A stretch of DNA of 64,000 nt, taken from the NCBI RefSeq assembly GCF_964213995.1, contig NW_027590123.1, positions 62,001 to 126,000 of the forward strand, read 5' to 3'. How positions within the stretch are numbered: position 1 is the first letter of the stretch; each line of letters opens with the position of its first letter. Source of the DNA: Mustelus asterias. Lineage: Eukaryota. The notes under the pieces are model-generated. The model was given only the letters and a program-made list of their open reading frames with translations, did no database searches and was not told the origin of the DNA. Shown in pieces: positions 21,663-35,337 of this stretch. The position numbers and the translations under genes were made by a program.

Positions 21663-22421
21663 ATGGAGAAACCGTGGAAATGTGGGGACTGTGGGAAGGG
21701 ATTCAGGTTCCCATCTGAGCTGGAAACTCATCGACGCATTCACACTGGGGAGAGACCATTCACCTGCTGTGTGTGTGGGAAGGGATTCTATGATTCATCC
21801 AACCTGCAAACACACCAACGAATTCACACGGGGAAGAGACCATTCACCTGTTCTGATTGTGGTACCAGATTTACTCAGTTATGTCATCTGCAGACACACC
21901 AGCAAATTCACACTGCGGAGAGACCGTTTACCTGTCCTGTGTGTGGGAAGGGATTCACTGACTTATCCAGCCTGCGGATACACCAGCGAGTACATTCCGG
22001 GGAGAGGCCATTCAACTGTCCTGTGTGTGGGAAAGGATTCACTTGGTTATCCAGCATGCGCAGACACAGAGTCACTCACAGCAATGAGAGACCCTATAAA
22101 TGCTCTGAATGTGGGAGCGACTTCAAAAGCTCTCAGGTTCTGATGTCCCACCAGCGCATTCACACTGAGGAGAGACCGTTCAGTTGCTCTCACTGCGCAA
22201 AGAGATTTAGAATGTCATCCTATCTGCGGGTACACCAGCGAGTTCACACTGGGGAGAAACAATTCACTTGCTCTGCCTGTGGAAAGGGATTCACTCAGTT
22301 AACCAATCTGCAGAGACACCAGCGAGTTCATACTGGGGAGAGGCCATTCACCTGCACCGTGTGTGGGAACGGGTTCACTCAGTCATCCCACCTGCAGACA
22401 CACCAGCGAGTTCACAAGTGA
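21663..22421 (+). CDS. C2H2 zinc-finger protein, 9 fingers
   Basis: ACCATGG start, intact fingers, ends HQRVHK*. Confidence 0.9.
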   Translation: MEKPWKCGDCGKGFRFPSELETHRRIHTGERPFTCCVCGKGFYDSSNLQTHQRIHTGKRPFTCSDCGTRFTQLCHLQTHQQIHTAERPFTCPVCGKGFTDLSSLRIHQRVHSGERPFNCPVCGKGFTWLSSMRRHRVTHSNERPYKCSECGSDFKSSQVLMSHQRIHTEERPFSCSHCAKRFRMSSYLRVHQRVHTGEKQFTCSACGKGFTQLTNLQRHQRVHTGERPFTCTVCGNGFTQSSHLQTHQRVHK

Positions 22422-22974
22422 TCACAGGCGTTGAATTCTGCTGTTATTGCTGCTGTTAATCACATCCAGGACTGGGCTCATTGGCAGGCTCTTTAACAGA
22501 AAGTGAGTCCCTCTAAGGTAATTGACAAAGGAGCCAGAGGGGGAGATTAGATTTTATTTTTGACTCAGCGATGTTAGAAAATGGGGTTCAGGGAGTCAAT
22601 TAACCCTTTCTCCCCTTTTCCCAAACTCTGAAATGATTGCCAGTGATAACCCTTATTGGTGACAGTGGTTAGATTTTATTCAGTATCAATAAGAGCTGAC
22701 ACAGGCTAATGTCTGAGCAGTCGTATCAAAGTGCAGCAGCATTACCATTACACTCTGGGTAGAAGCAGCATCTCCACGGAAATGCTCCCTGCTCTGCCCC
22801 AGATGCCATGGCACCAGTCAATGCAAAATGTAAAACCTCGACAAATCTCTGTGCTCGGTGAATCCCTTCTTATACTTTTTTACATCACAAAGTCTATGGA
22901 GACTGATTTAACCCAATCATTGCCGAGCCAACATTTGAACGGACCAATTACAAAACCAAATGGTGCAAAGGGAC

Positions 22975-23370
22975 AAGAGGGACATGAGTCCCTGGAAGGT
23001 GTTGAAGATAATTTTCTGCAGCAGTGTGTTTCTGCTCCAATGAGAGGGCAGGCGCTGCTGGACCTGGTTCTGGGGAATGAGTTGGCCCAAGTGGATCAAA
23101 TATCAGTGGGAGAGCATTGAGGGAAGAGTGACCATTGTATCATAAGGTTCAGGTTGGCCATGGAAAAGGACAAGGAACGATCCAGAACGGGGATCATTAA
23201 TCGAGGGAAAGCCTCACCTTCGATAGGATGAGAATGGATCTGAGTCGAGTGAGTTGGAATCAAATGTTGGCAGAAAAGCTGATGGCTGAACAATGGGCCA
23301 CCTTCAAGGAAAATCTATTGCGGGCAATGTCAGGGTATATTCCCTTAAAGGTGAAGGTTGGAGAACTAAA
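22975..23370 (+). mobile_element. CR1 endonuclease C-terminal fragment
   Basis: FLQQCV..ALLDLVLGNE..GEH*GKSDH. Confidence 0.8.
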
Positions 23371-23384
23371 TCCAGGGAACCAAA

Positions 23385-24120
23385 TCGTCAAACCTGGAGA
23401 GTTACAAGGCCGTCCATACCCTGAAGATATGGTGGAAATGTGGGGATTGTAGGAAAGGACTCCATGCCCCCTGTGAACTGGAAACCCATCGACCCAGGCA
23501 CAGCAGAAAGAGGCGTCCATCTGCTCTGTGTGTGGGAAGGGATTCATTGATTCATCCACCCTGCAGCAACACCAGCGAGTTCACACTGGGGAGAGGCCAT
23601 TCACCTGCTCCGTGTGGGGGAAGAGATTCAGTAATTCCTCCATTCTGCTGATATACCAGCAAGTTCACACTGGGGAGAAACCGTTCACTTGTTCTGAGTG
23701 TGGGAAGGGACTCAATGACTCATCAACCCTGCTGATACACCAGCACATTCACACAGGAGAGAGGCCATTCCCCTACTCTGAGTGTAGGAAGGGATTCACT
23801 CAGTTATCCAATCTGCTGAGACACCAGCGCATTCACACCAATGAGAAAACCTTTAAATGCTCTGATTGTGGGAGTTGCTTCAGAAACTCTGCCGACCTGA
23901 AGATCCACCAGTGCATTCACACTGGGGAGAGACCGTTCTGCTGCTCTCACTGCACAAGGAGGTTTCGAACATCATCCAAGCGACTGAGCCATTGGCGAGT
24001 TCACACTGGGGAGAGGCCATTCACCCACCCTGTGTGTGGATGGGATTCACTTGGTCATCGGAGCTGCTGGGACACCAGAGCAGTCACACTGATTGGAGCC
24101 TTTCTTGATGCTCTGACTGT
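23385..24120 (+). pseudogene. decayed ZNF (lost Cys residues, first finger with stop, frameshift)
   Basis: ORF 23528..24142 with CSVW, PYSEC, THPVC; degenerate KWWKCGDC start near 23430. Confidence 0.85.
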
Positions 24121-25217
24121 GGGTGTTAATTGTATCGATTAAGGTGAACTACATGGAGGTTATTGATTGGATCTATAAAGGGACAGTTAGTGACGGTGCC
24201 TGGAGTTAGAAGGTATACACCTGTAATGTTTCACTCCATGAATAAATCTACACCAAATAAAGATTGACTCCACCCTAAGGCTGTCAGGATTATCACAGTC
24301 ATTGCAGCGCAGGTTTCTTTCCTCAACTCCAGTAGATGTTCCGACAGTTTCAGGATCCACTTCTTGTTGGAAAGCAGCATCTCAGTAAGTTTCCCTTTGG
24401 ATCATCGGTTATCCTCACCCGCTCTGTTGTGGGGTAATTTGAGATGGCCAATTATGTTTTAACTTAAACAACGTAAAACTCACAAGGCAGGTATCTCTGT
24501 ATAAAGATGTAACATTTATTTTAAAAAGACAAACAAACAAACAGCTGCCCGGAGACCATCAAAGGGTTAAGTAGCTCCAGAGCGGCAAAACCTCTCAGAC
24601 GGTTCAGACATGTACAATGAAAAACAGATCAATTATAGATTTTTTCAATAATTCCTGCCTTATATTAGCTTAAAATCAATTCCATTTAGGATACACACAT
24701 CAATATAAATCTCTATCAAGTACCCCAGCCAACCACATTCTGCCAGTCAGCATAATGATATCTCATCCATTCAATGCCAGGTGCAAACACCCATCTTGGC
24801 TGAACCCATCCCTATTGCTAAGTAACTATAACCGCTCATCATAGAGGTCAAAGTGAATGTTCCCACCGGCTCATTGCCAAACTGAATAGACATGTGTTCC
24901 TGTGTCCAGGTACATATCTATTCTATGTCTAGACAATGAATATCTCTTTTCATAAAGTTTCAATGTGTGTTCCCTCATAAGAAACTTTCTGATATAAATT
25001 CTGCTAACTAAAGGGATCCCAGGCCTTTGGCTCTGAACTTTTAGCTTATACCATCATACTTTGCAGCATCTTTGCTTTTGGGTGATGTGAGCAATACTTA
25101 GAACATTTTCAAAATACATTTCAAAATATCAGCATATGTTTTCAAATTGTAATTGTTTAATCTTCTTACTGCATACACATAGGTATAGTCTATTCCCCTG
25201 TTAGCTATCAACTAGCT

Positions 25218-25580
25218 TCAAGAATCATTCTGAGGGGCTTGGATAGAGTGGACATGGAGAGGATGTTTCCAAGAGTGGGAGAGACTAGAACTCGAGGGCA
25301 CAATCTCAGAGTGAAGGGACACTCCTTTAAAACTATGAGAAGGAATTTCTTCAGTCAGAGTAGTGAATCTGTGGAATTCATTGCCACATAGGGCTGTGGA
25401 GGCCGGGTCATTGAGTGTCTTTAAGACAGAGATAGATAGGTTCTTGATCAATAAGGAGATCAAGGGTTACAGGGAGAAGGTAGGAGAATGGGGATGAGAA
25501 TCATATCAGCCAAGATTGAATGATGGAGCAGACTCGATGGGGCAAACGACCTATTTCTGCTCCTATATCTTATGGTCTTA
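25218..25580 (+). mobile_element. CR1 3' end
   Basis: RTRGHNL..RNFFS..VVNLWNSLP plus 3'UTR. Confidence 0.85.
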
Positions 25581-26789
25581 TTTAACTCTTTATTACTATT
25601 CTGTCTGAAAATCTTATTAGCTGGTTAGGAATCCCCCCTCTACCCGCTCCCTGTGAGGAGGCCGGGTGTGGATTATTACCAAAAGTCTGATTGTCGTTGG
25701 GGGGTCTGGTGGGTGGAAGCAGAACCTGGAGTTGGGCAGTGGGTGTTACCGTACTGGTATTGAGGCTCCTGGGTGGTCACACTGTGTTCCCCTTCTCCAT
25801 GGGATGCCACCTGCGTGGGTTCATGGTGGGCACTGGAAATTTCCAGCGTACAGTTTCCCCCTCCCTACAGGGTGTGGGCGGACAACATTCCTCCCTTTCT
25901 CCCTACACCCCACAAACAAGATTCCCAGAGAGAGGGATCCACTCTGAGTTATAGTCAGTACATTTAATCAATGCAGTAGATTGTGTGGACATAAAAGATT
26001 CTCCAGCTCTCCATTCATCTGGATCCACCTTGTGGATAAATGTTATGAAGTATTATTTCTCCCGAGCCTTCAATTGTCCCAATCCAAAACTCCTTTAAGC
26101 TTTAGTCCATCTTCATTGTCTTAAAGTCCGTTTGTCTATGGAGTTTGTGTCAGTGCCTTGATCATTTCAAAATGTTTTCTTATTCTTCAGGCCATGTTTA
26201 CCATTGCACGCCGCGTATTCTGAGGGAGTCTGCATCAGTGTCCTGTACACCCTGTCCGACTGGTAACTACTGTGAGGAGGCTGAGGGACCACTCCCACCT
26301 CTTTCCTGTGCTATTTCTCATCTGTACCCAGTCTGATCCTTCGTGTTGCTATTTCAAGCTAAGGACATCTCTCACTACTGTACTAATATCATCCTTCATT
26401 AACAGAGCTACCCCACCTCCTTTTCTCAGCTTCCTATCTTTTCAAAGTGTCAAATACTCTGCAATATTTAGTTCCCAGCCTTGGTCAGTCTGTAACCATT
26501 GTTAGGATACCAGGCCGGAACTCCAAGTTATATTAGGAAGCCAGACGAGACACCAACATTTATCTCTTTGGGAAAAATGTGAGGAGAGGAGATTTTGCTC
26601 CAGGAGTGATGAGAAAATAGGGATTTTTTAATATTAAAATAAACTTTATTCACAACTGTTTAAATACAACACTAACATAAACAATTAACAGCTGAACAAT
26701 ACTTAAAATGAAAGGAAACAATTTAATTTCTAACTTAGCAACATCCATTCAGAGGTTCAAATCCCACTTTAAATACAGTTAACAAACAC

Positions 26790-27680
26790 AGATCATAGAG
26801 TCTTCGAGGTTTACAGCATGGAAACAGTGTCTTCGGCTCAACCTGTCCATGGCGCCCTTATTTTTTTAACCACCAAGCTAGTCCTAATTTCCCACGTTTG
26901 GCCCATATCTCTCTATACCCATCTTACGCATGTAACTGTCTACAACGTTTTTTAAAAGACAACATTGTGCCCGCCTCTACTACTACCTCTGGCAGCTTGT
27001 TCCTGACACTCACCACCCTCTGTGTGAAAAAATTGCCCCTCTGGACCCTTTTTATCTCCCCTCCCACCTTAAACCTATGCCCTCTAGTTTTAGACTCCCC
27101 TACTTTGGGAAAAGATGTTGACTATCTAGCTGATCCATGCCCCTCATTATTTTATAGACTTCCATAAGATCACCGCTCAGCCTCCTACGCCCCAGAGAAA
27201 GAAGTCCCAGTCTATCCAACTTCTCCTTATAACTCAAACCATCAAGTTCTGGTAGCATCCTAGTAAATCTTTTCTGCACTCTTTCTAGTTTAATAATATC
27301 CTATCTATAATAGGTTGATCTGAACTGTACACAGCATTCAAAGTGTGGTCTTACCCAATGTCTTCTACAACTTCAGTAAGATGTCCCAACTCCTGGACTT
27401 AATGTTCTGACCAATGAAACCAAGCATTCCGAATACCTTCTTCACCACCCTGTCCACCTGTGACTCCACTTTCAAGGAGCTATGAACCTGTACCTCTAGA
27501 TCTCTTTGTTCCATAACTCTCCCCAATGCCCTACCGTTAACTGAGTAAGCCCTGCCCTGGTTTGATCACCTCACCTTTATCTAAATTAAACTCCATCTGC
27601 CATTCATCAGCCCACTGGCCCATTTGATCAAGATCCCATTGCAATCCTAGAAACCTTCTTCACTGTCCATTATGCTACCA
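26790..27680 (-). mobile_element. CR1 3' part
   Basis: reverse complement closely resembles 61150..61995. Confidence 0.85.
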
Positions 27681-28109
27681 TAATACTGGCTACAATACAT
27701 GCCGAAAATCTAGGAGCTTTCAGAGAGAAAGGGAGTTTCAGAACAGCTTCCAGAAGTTCGCGTCTTCAACCAGAACTCCAGCTAAACTCCAAACCTCGCC
27801 TCACTCCTCCCATTAACCCCATCATCACAAGACCCAGCATTCCTAAACCCACATTCCAATCCTTTTAGCAAAACCCCAGGGCACCTCCTTTTAACATACA
27901 CAAGTGCATTGAGATAAACAACTGCATGGCTGAAATGAGTAATTATCCTGCTGGTGGTCCCCTGAGAAACATTCTTCCGCGAAATAGCACTGCTTGTAGA
28001 ATAAACCAGAAGTTTTAAACATTCTCCCAGAATAGATTAAAAGAAAATATATGTCAGTATATATTGAACACATTCATTGCCCACCCCTGAAAAACAATGA
28101 ACCAACAAT

Positions 28110-28480
28110 ATGAATACTCACAGAATACTGCAAGACCTGGACAGAGCGGACATGGGGAAGATGTTTCCATTAGTAAGAAAGACTAGGAACCGAGGGCACA
28201 GCCTCAGAATAAAGGGACAACCCTTTAGGACCAAGATGAGGAAGAATTTCTTCAGCCAGAGGGTGGTGAATCGATGGAATTCATTGCCATAGATGGCTGT
28301 GGAGGCCAGGTCATTGACTGGATTTAAGACGGAGATAGATAGTTCTTGATTGGTAAGGGGATCAAAGGTTACAGGGAAAAGGTGGGAGAATGGGGTTCAG
28401 ATACTTATCAGCCATGATTGAATGGTGAACAGTCCTGATGGGCCAAATGGCCTAATTCTGCTCATATATCTTATGGTATA
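28110..28480 (+). mobile_element. CR1 3' end
   Basis: KTRNRGHSLRIKG..KNFFSQRVVNRWNSLP. Confidence 0.85.
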
Positions 28481-29925
28481 AAACTTGGCCAAGTTAGTGA
28501 AGAATGATTGAAGACAAATTGCTCGACACCCAGGTCTGTTCCAATCATCAAATGGTCTTTATTTTACAGCGGGCGGGGAGCAAGTCGCTGGTCTCACCTT
28601 GCAACCTCTCCCCTGAATATGGAAAATCGCACATTCTTATTCATTTACTGCAGCCCATCCCAGATGATTACAAACTAATCACAATATGAATCGATTCCAG
28701 ACATATCCAATCAAGCTAACAATTAGGCATCATGTGGCTGTGTGGTCAGCTCATGGACAGCTCTGGACCATCTCATCATGTGGACCAGACACCTTATAAC
28801 AACTGACCTTGTGACATCACAATGACTCACTATACTCAGGACTTTCTGATCTCCACCACATCCCAGCCTATTCCGTTAGCAGTCGGTTACTCAGTGCAGC
28901 TGCCTGTGTGCTGATAAGAGGGGCCCTGCTGAGCAGCTTTAATGGTCCGTGATTGCAGAAACTGAGCAGTCACAGGAATGTGGTCAAGATAGTCCAGTCC
29001 CACAATGCCTCACATTCAATCTGCAGTCCTTCAATTATAACAGAATATGTGGCTGTATGTAGCTGCCTCGGCCATGGTCAACCCCAACACTGCCTTCCTG
29101 AACTGATACAATGCCTGAGGTGTAAGTACACCCACAGTGATGTTAGGGAGGGATTTCCAGCTACAAATCCAGACTTTAACTGAACTGTCGGTGGATACCA
29201 GATTGATATATTCCATTCAACCACACCCAAGGTGAGTTATTCCAATTCCTTTATTGTCCAGGACAATATATTCACAATATCTTTAAAACAGAAATTAAAC
29301 ATTCCCATTTGATTTCAGGCAGTAACATATTCTGTTAGTTTGTTCTTTATTGTCAATGTGAGACTGGGGTTGTTCCCCTTGGAGCAAAGGAGGTTGAGGG
29401 GAGATTTGATAGAGGTGGACAAGATTCTGACAGGTTTAGATAAGGTGGACAAAGAAAAGCTGTTCCCATTAGCTGATGGGACAAGGACGAGGGGGACACA
29501 GATTTAAGGTTTGGGTCAGAGATGCAGAGTGGGGGGGGCGGGGGGATGTGAGGAAGAATATTTTGATGCAGTGAATGGTAATGACCTGGAACTCGCTGCC
29601 TACGAGGGTGGAGGAAGTGGAGACAATAAACAATTACAAAGGAAATTGGATGGGCATTTGGGGGGTTTCAAACAGAAATGCTGACTAAATATCTCTTACC
29701 TTCCTCACACCCTGTCACTCTGTGATCCTTGTGAAATTTGAAACCAGGTATTCGCAACAAGACTCAAAGAGCACCAGCCCACTGGAGGCAAAGTCATGAG
29801 ACTGGCCAGTCCAGCAGAAAGAAACCCTCCGACCCTCCCCATTGACCAACTGTAAGAATGAACAAAATGCAGCCCTGGATGTAATTGAGAGCAGAAACAA
29901 TAACAGCAGAATCCAACCCCTGGAA

Positions 29926-30600
29926 TCACTCATGAACTTGTTGGTGTCTCAGCAGCAAGAATGAAACTCTGAATCCCTTCCCACACTGAGAGCAGGTAAA
30001 TGGCCTCTCCCCAGTGTGAACTCGCTGGTGTCTCCACCAGCTGGATGACCGAGCAAATCCCTTCCCACACTGAGAGCAGGTGAATGGTTTCTCTCCAGTG
30101 TGAATTCGCTGGTGTGTCTGCAGATCGGATAACTGAGTGAATCCCTTCCCACACAGGGAGCAGGTGAATGGCCTCTCCCCAGTGTGAACTCGCTGGTGCC
30201 TCCGCAGGTTGGATGACTCACTAAATCCCTCCCCACACACAGAGCAGCTGAATGGCTTCTCCCCAGTGTGACCTCGTTGGTGTCTCTGCAGGTTGGATGA
30301 CTGAGTGAACCCCTCCCCACACTGATAGCAGATGAATGGCCTCTCCCCAGTGTGAATGCGCTGGTGTGTCTGCAGAGTAGATAACCGAGTGAATCCCTTC
30401 CCACACTGAGAGCAGGTGAACGGCCTCTCCCCACTGTGAACTCGCCGGTGTCTCTGCAGGCTGGATGACAGAGTGAATCCCTTCCCACACTGAGAGCAGA
30501 TGAATGGCCTCTCCCCAGTGTGGCTGCGCCGATGAGCATCCAGCAGAGATGGGGATCTGTAACTCTTCCCACAGTCTGCACATTTCCATGGTTTCTCCAT
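29926..30600 (-). CDS. C2H2 zinc-finger protein, 8 fingers
   Basis: ACCATGG start at 30600, [10 protein letters not shown], ends HQQVHE*. Confidence 0.9.
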   Translation of the reverse strand: MEKPWKCADCGKSYRSPSLLDAHRRSHTGERPFICSQCGKGFTLSSSLQRHRRVHSGERPFTCSQCGKGFTRLSTLQTHQRIHTGERPFICYQCGEGFTQSSNLQRHQRGHTGEKPFSCSVCGEGFSESSNLRRHQRVHTGERPFTCSLCGKGFTQLSDLQTHQRIHTGEKPFTCSQCGKGFARSSSWWRHQRVHTGERPFTCSQCGKGFRVSFLLLRHQQVHE

Positions 30601-32059
30601 GGTACAGGTGTCCTTGCCTCTGTCTTGTTTGGACAATCAGTTAAAGCCTCGTCCACACACAATATGAGTATAGTCTCTCCCCACTGTGAATGGTGTGATA
30701 TTTATTCAGGCAGTGTAACTGGTTAAAGCCCTTTAGTCAGTGCACTGGAACACTCTCACTCGAGTGTGGCAGCGTGTTGCTGCTTTTCCAGTCACACATA
30801 CATTTGAAATCTATTCAAATCGACAGATCAGACAATTATTTCTCCTGCTAGATTCAAAGGCCAATGATATTCAGATCCCAAGGAACATGACTCTGTCGGA
30901 CCTAGACGAGACGGTTGAGATTTCGGTCTGTGATTCCTCTTTCAATATCCTGCAAAATGAGTTTGCAAAAGTCATCAGTGTCAGTACAGGATAGAAATTC
31001 AGAACAGACAATTCTAGTTTCTATGGAACATTCTTTCCTCTCTCATTCCCCAAAAGCTGTAAATCTCCATCCCACACACTCTCCCTCCATTCTCACTCTG
31101 CTGTATCTAATATTCACCCTCCCAATTCTCCTGAAGGTGCTGATTGAGGCTGATTGACAGATCCATGCTCACTGCTTCCTGCCCTGGACACAGAGACCAT
31201 AACAAATAGGAGCTGCAGTCGGCCATTTGGCTCATCGAGCCTTTTAAACTATTCAATGAGATAATTCGTTCATCTACCTCAGCATCATTCTCCCCACACT
31301 AAACCCATATCCGTTGATACTTTCAATATCTAGAAACCAATCAATCTCTCCCCTGAAAATACTTGATGACTGAGGCTCCACTGTCCTCAACAGTTGAGAA
31401 TTCCAAAGCTTCACCACATGCTTGAGTGAAGAAATCCCCCCACATCTGAGCTTTTGCTCCATCTTCTTGTCTGTTCCCCATAACCATTAATGCCCGTCAG
31501 TGAAAAATCAGTCCAACTCATCCTGGAATATATTCAATGATCCTCAGCCTCCACTGGTCCCTGTGGAAGACAAATCCAAAAGACTTACAACCCTCTGAGG
31601 GAAGAAATGTCTGGAAATATATAATGTAGCTACAGTTCCAAATTACAAGTCTGTGGATTCTATTTAAAAATGAAACTGGATGGGCACTTGAAGGAAACAA
31701 ACTTTCAGGAGAATGGGGATACAGAGTGGGAATGGGACTGGAACGTTATCCAGAATGTCGGCATGGACTCGAGTTACCGAATGGACTCCTTCTGTGCTGT
31801 AATGACTCGATGACTGGAAATGTATAAGATAGCTACAGCATTATATTACAAGACAAGAAATAACAGTAAATGCACTTTTTTACAGAAACATAAATAATAT
31901 ATCTAAACTGTACCATATAACAACACTAGGCATATCTCTGTCCTGTATCAATTTACTGTCCCCTTAAATGTCAGCCATCTCCTGGGGAAAGATGCCTTTT
32001 AATTGTGAACATTAGGAAAGAGACCATCCTTTTAGCCAGACAAATAAATGTGTCAAACT

Positions 32060-32555
32060 GAGGGAGCAAAGAATGTTTACCAGGCTGATTCAGGGAATGG
32101 CGGGACTGATATATGAGGAGAGACTGACGAGGTTAGGATTGTTTTCGTTGGAGTTCAGATGAATGAGGGGGGATCTCACAGAGACTTATAAAATTCTAAC
32201 AGGTCGAGACAGGATAGATGCAGGGAGGATGTTTCTGATGGTGGGGGAGTCCAGAACCAAGGGTCACAGTCTGAGGATTCAGGATAGACCATTTAGGACG
32301 GAGGTGAGGAGACATTTCTTCACCCAAAGAGTGGTGAGCCTGTGGAATTCATGACCGCAGGAAGAAATTGATGCCAAAACATTGAATGTATTCAAAAGCA
32401 GCTCGATATAGCACTTGGGGCAAATGGGATCAAAGGTTATGGGGAGAAAGCAGGATTAGACTATTGAGTTGGATGGTCATCCATGATCTTAATGAATGGC
32501 AGAGCAGGCTCGAAGGGCCAAATGGCTTCCTCCTGCTCCTATCTTCTATGTTTCT
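32060..32555 (+). mobile_element. CR1 3' end
   Basis: MRGDLTETYKIL..FFTQRVVSLWNS. Confidence 0.85.
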
Positions 32556-32689
32556 CTTAAATTTCTTTAAGAGAGAGAGAGTCCTGGGCCAACCTTTCCT
32601 GAGTCTGCACTCTCCCTGGATTCACTTCCTTTCCCTTCAGTTGCTGCAAGTCTCCAATTTCCCCCAGAAAGAGAAAAGAAAGTGTTTTA

Positions 32690-33330
32690 CTCACAGATGT
32701 TGGCCTCTTTTAGGTTGCAACAGGAGGAAGTTTGAGTCTGTCTGAAGCTCAATCTTCATTCACACAAAGCCCGCGCTCTGATTGGCTGGAGGACCAGGGT
32801 CCTTCCGGTCCTCCAAGTCTTCCCATTGGCCGGAGCTGGTGAGCGGAAGTGAATCAGATGTGCGCATGTGCGGGTTTTGGGGGCATGCGCATGTGCGGGT
32901 GCGGGTCGGGGCCCGGGACAGAGCCGGCCCACTGACCATTGTCTGTCCGGGTCTTCCAGCCTTTTCCATTGGACAACAGCTCAGCGTGGCTGGAGGGCAA
33001 AGTCCCGCCCACCTCCACGTGGGGCTCCGCCCTTCATTGTCTGTCTGCGGGGGATTGACCAATGGGAACTCTGGAGGACCGGAAGTACTCGCGTCCTCCA
33101 GCCAATCAGAGCTTCCCCATTGTCTGAATGCGGAAGTTGGACAATGAGCTTGTTCAGCTGCTCATTCCGGCCCAGCAAAGCTACTGCTCTCTCTCTGAAT
33201 GAAGATTGAGCTTCAGACAGACTCAAACTTCCTCCTGTCGTCAACATCTGTGAGTAAAACACTTTCTTTTCTCACCCTTTCCATTTCGTTTCTCATTCTG
33301 GGAGAAATTGTTCACTTGCAGCAACTGATC
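32690..33330. promoter_or_regulatory. symmetric bidirectional promoter with homologous outward-facing modules
   Basis: minus module 32690..32830 and plus module 33055..33330, each with CCAAT/hairpin and GTGAGT donor; central tgcgcatg motifs and an ETS-like cggaagt. Confidence 0.65.
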
Positions 33331-34865
33331 ACGAGAAATAGAAGCAGGAGTGGCCACCAGGCCCTTGAAGCCTGTCCCGCCATTCAATCCGATCATGGCT
33401 GACTGATGCTGGTTTCAACTCCTTTTCTGTGCCATTTCCCCATAGCCCTGTATTCCCCGATCTATCAAATATGTATCCACCCCCACTTTAAATACTTCTA
33501 ACGATCCAGCCTCCACCACCCTTTGGGGCAGAGAATTCCAGAGCTTCATCACCCTCGATGAGAAGAAATTTCTGCACACCTCAGTTTTAAATGACTGACC
33601 CTTTATTTTGTTTGAGACTCTCCCACTCGTGAAAATATCTCACCATCTCGCCTGTCAAGCCCCCTCAGGATCTTATATGTTTCAATAACTCCTTTGTCTT
33701 CAAAACCTCAAGGAACACAGACCTTGACAATTTACTCCCTCGTGATAGGACAACCCTCCTCTCCCAGGAATTAGCCTGGTGAATTTCCTTTGGACTGTGT
33801 CCAATATCACTATATCCTTGTTTAGGTAAGGAGATCAAAACTGTATGCATTATCCCAGATGAGGTATCACCAACACACGATACAGTTGCAACAAAACCTC
33901 CTTGTTTTTAAACTCCAACCCCTTTGCAATAAAAGCCAAAATGCCATTTTCCTTCTTAACTCGTGTGGGACCTGCCTGCTAGCTTTTTGTGATTCATGCA
34001 CAAGAACACCAAGATCCCTCTGTACTTCACTCACCGGCAGCCTCTCTCCATTTAGACAATCTCCCTGTTGATTCCTCCTACTGAAATACATGACCTCACA
34101 CTTCCCCACTTTAAACTCCATTTGCCAGGTTTAGAAGACAGAGGGGTGACTTTATTGCATCTTCCCCAACGCTCGACTTATCTTTCCCAGCCCTATCCCT
34201 GTAGCCCTACATTTTTACCCCACTAATCCACCTAATCTACATCTATTGGGACACAAAGGGGCAATTTAGCACGGCCAATCAGTCTAACCCGCACATCTTT
34301 GGACTGTGGGAAGAACCTGGAGAACTCAAAAATCCACACAGACATGGAGAGAATGCGCATACTCCACACAGATTGTCACCCAAGGCCGGGATTGAGCCCG
34401 GGTCCCTGGCACTGTGAGGCAGCAGTGCTAACCACTGTGCTGCCATGGCACCCTTTTAAAATAAACTACAAGTACAGATTTCTCTCGATCTACTTATATC
34501 TTCTTATATCCTCAAACAAATCAAGCAAATTTGTCAAACATAATTTATCTTTCATAGAACCATGTTGACGAGGTTTGATTATATTCAGCTTTCCGAAATG
34601 ATTAGCTATTTGCTCTTTGATTATTGACTCCAGCGTCTTGCCAATAATAGATATTAAATTAACTGGCCTATAGTTCCCTGCCTTCTGCCTTTCTCCCTTT
34701 TTGACCAAGGTAGTCACATTGGCTGATTGCCAATCTTTTGATACTCTCCCGGAATCTAGCAAGTTGCGAAAAATTTCAACAAAATTCTCCACTATCTCTT
34801 CAGCAACGTCCATTAAAAAACTAGCGTGCAGTTCATTGGGTCCTGGTGACTTGTCCACCCTTAGC
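33330..34865 (-). mobile_element. old CR1 fragments interrupted by a SINE
   Basis: ORFs 33867..34121 and 34490..34906 (AGNYRPVNL, QHGSMK). Confidence 0.85.
34195..34452 (-). mobile_element. HE1-like SINE
   Basis: ctgtgaggcagcagtgctaaccactgtg head in reverse orientation. Confidence 0.8.
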
Positions 34866-35337
34866 CACTGAAGGGAAAGGAAGTGAGTCCAGTCTATATA
34901 ATCCATACATTTTTGGTCCAGTCAGATAGACATAGACCTGTCTGGCAGCCTGCATGGAGATTTCCAGCTCTCTGTGTCCAGTTCAGGAAGCAGTGAGCAT
35001 GGATCTGCCAATCAGCGCCTTCAGGAGAATTGGGAGGGTGAATATTAGATACAGCAGAGTGAGAATGGAGGGAGAGTGTGTGGGATGGAGATTGACAGCT
35101 TTTGTGGAATGAGAGGGGAAAGAATGTTCCATAGAGAGCTGGAAACCTCCATGCAGGCTGCCAGACAGATATATGTCTATCTGACTGGACTAACTATGTG
35201 TGGAACATACCAACTGGATTCACTTCCTTTCCCTTCAGTTGCTGCAAGTCCCCAATATCCCCCAGAATGAGAAAAGAAATGGAAAGGGGGAGAAAAGAAA
35301 AAGTGTTTTACTCACAGATGTTGGCCTTTTTTAAGGT

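Noticed and set aside
24118-24298. Solo LTR (TATA, AATAAA, TG..CA); similar candidates at 24425, 26501..27896 and 28500..28870
   Set aside because: No TSD or second copy in the window, so they cannot be supported without a library search.
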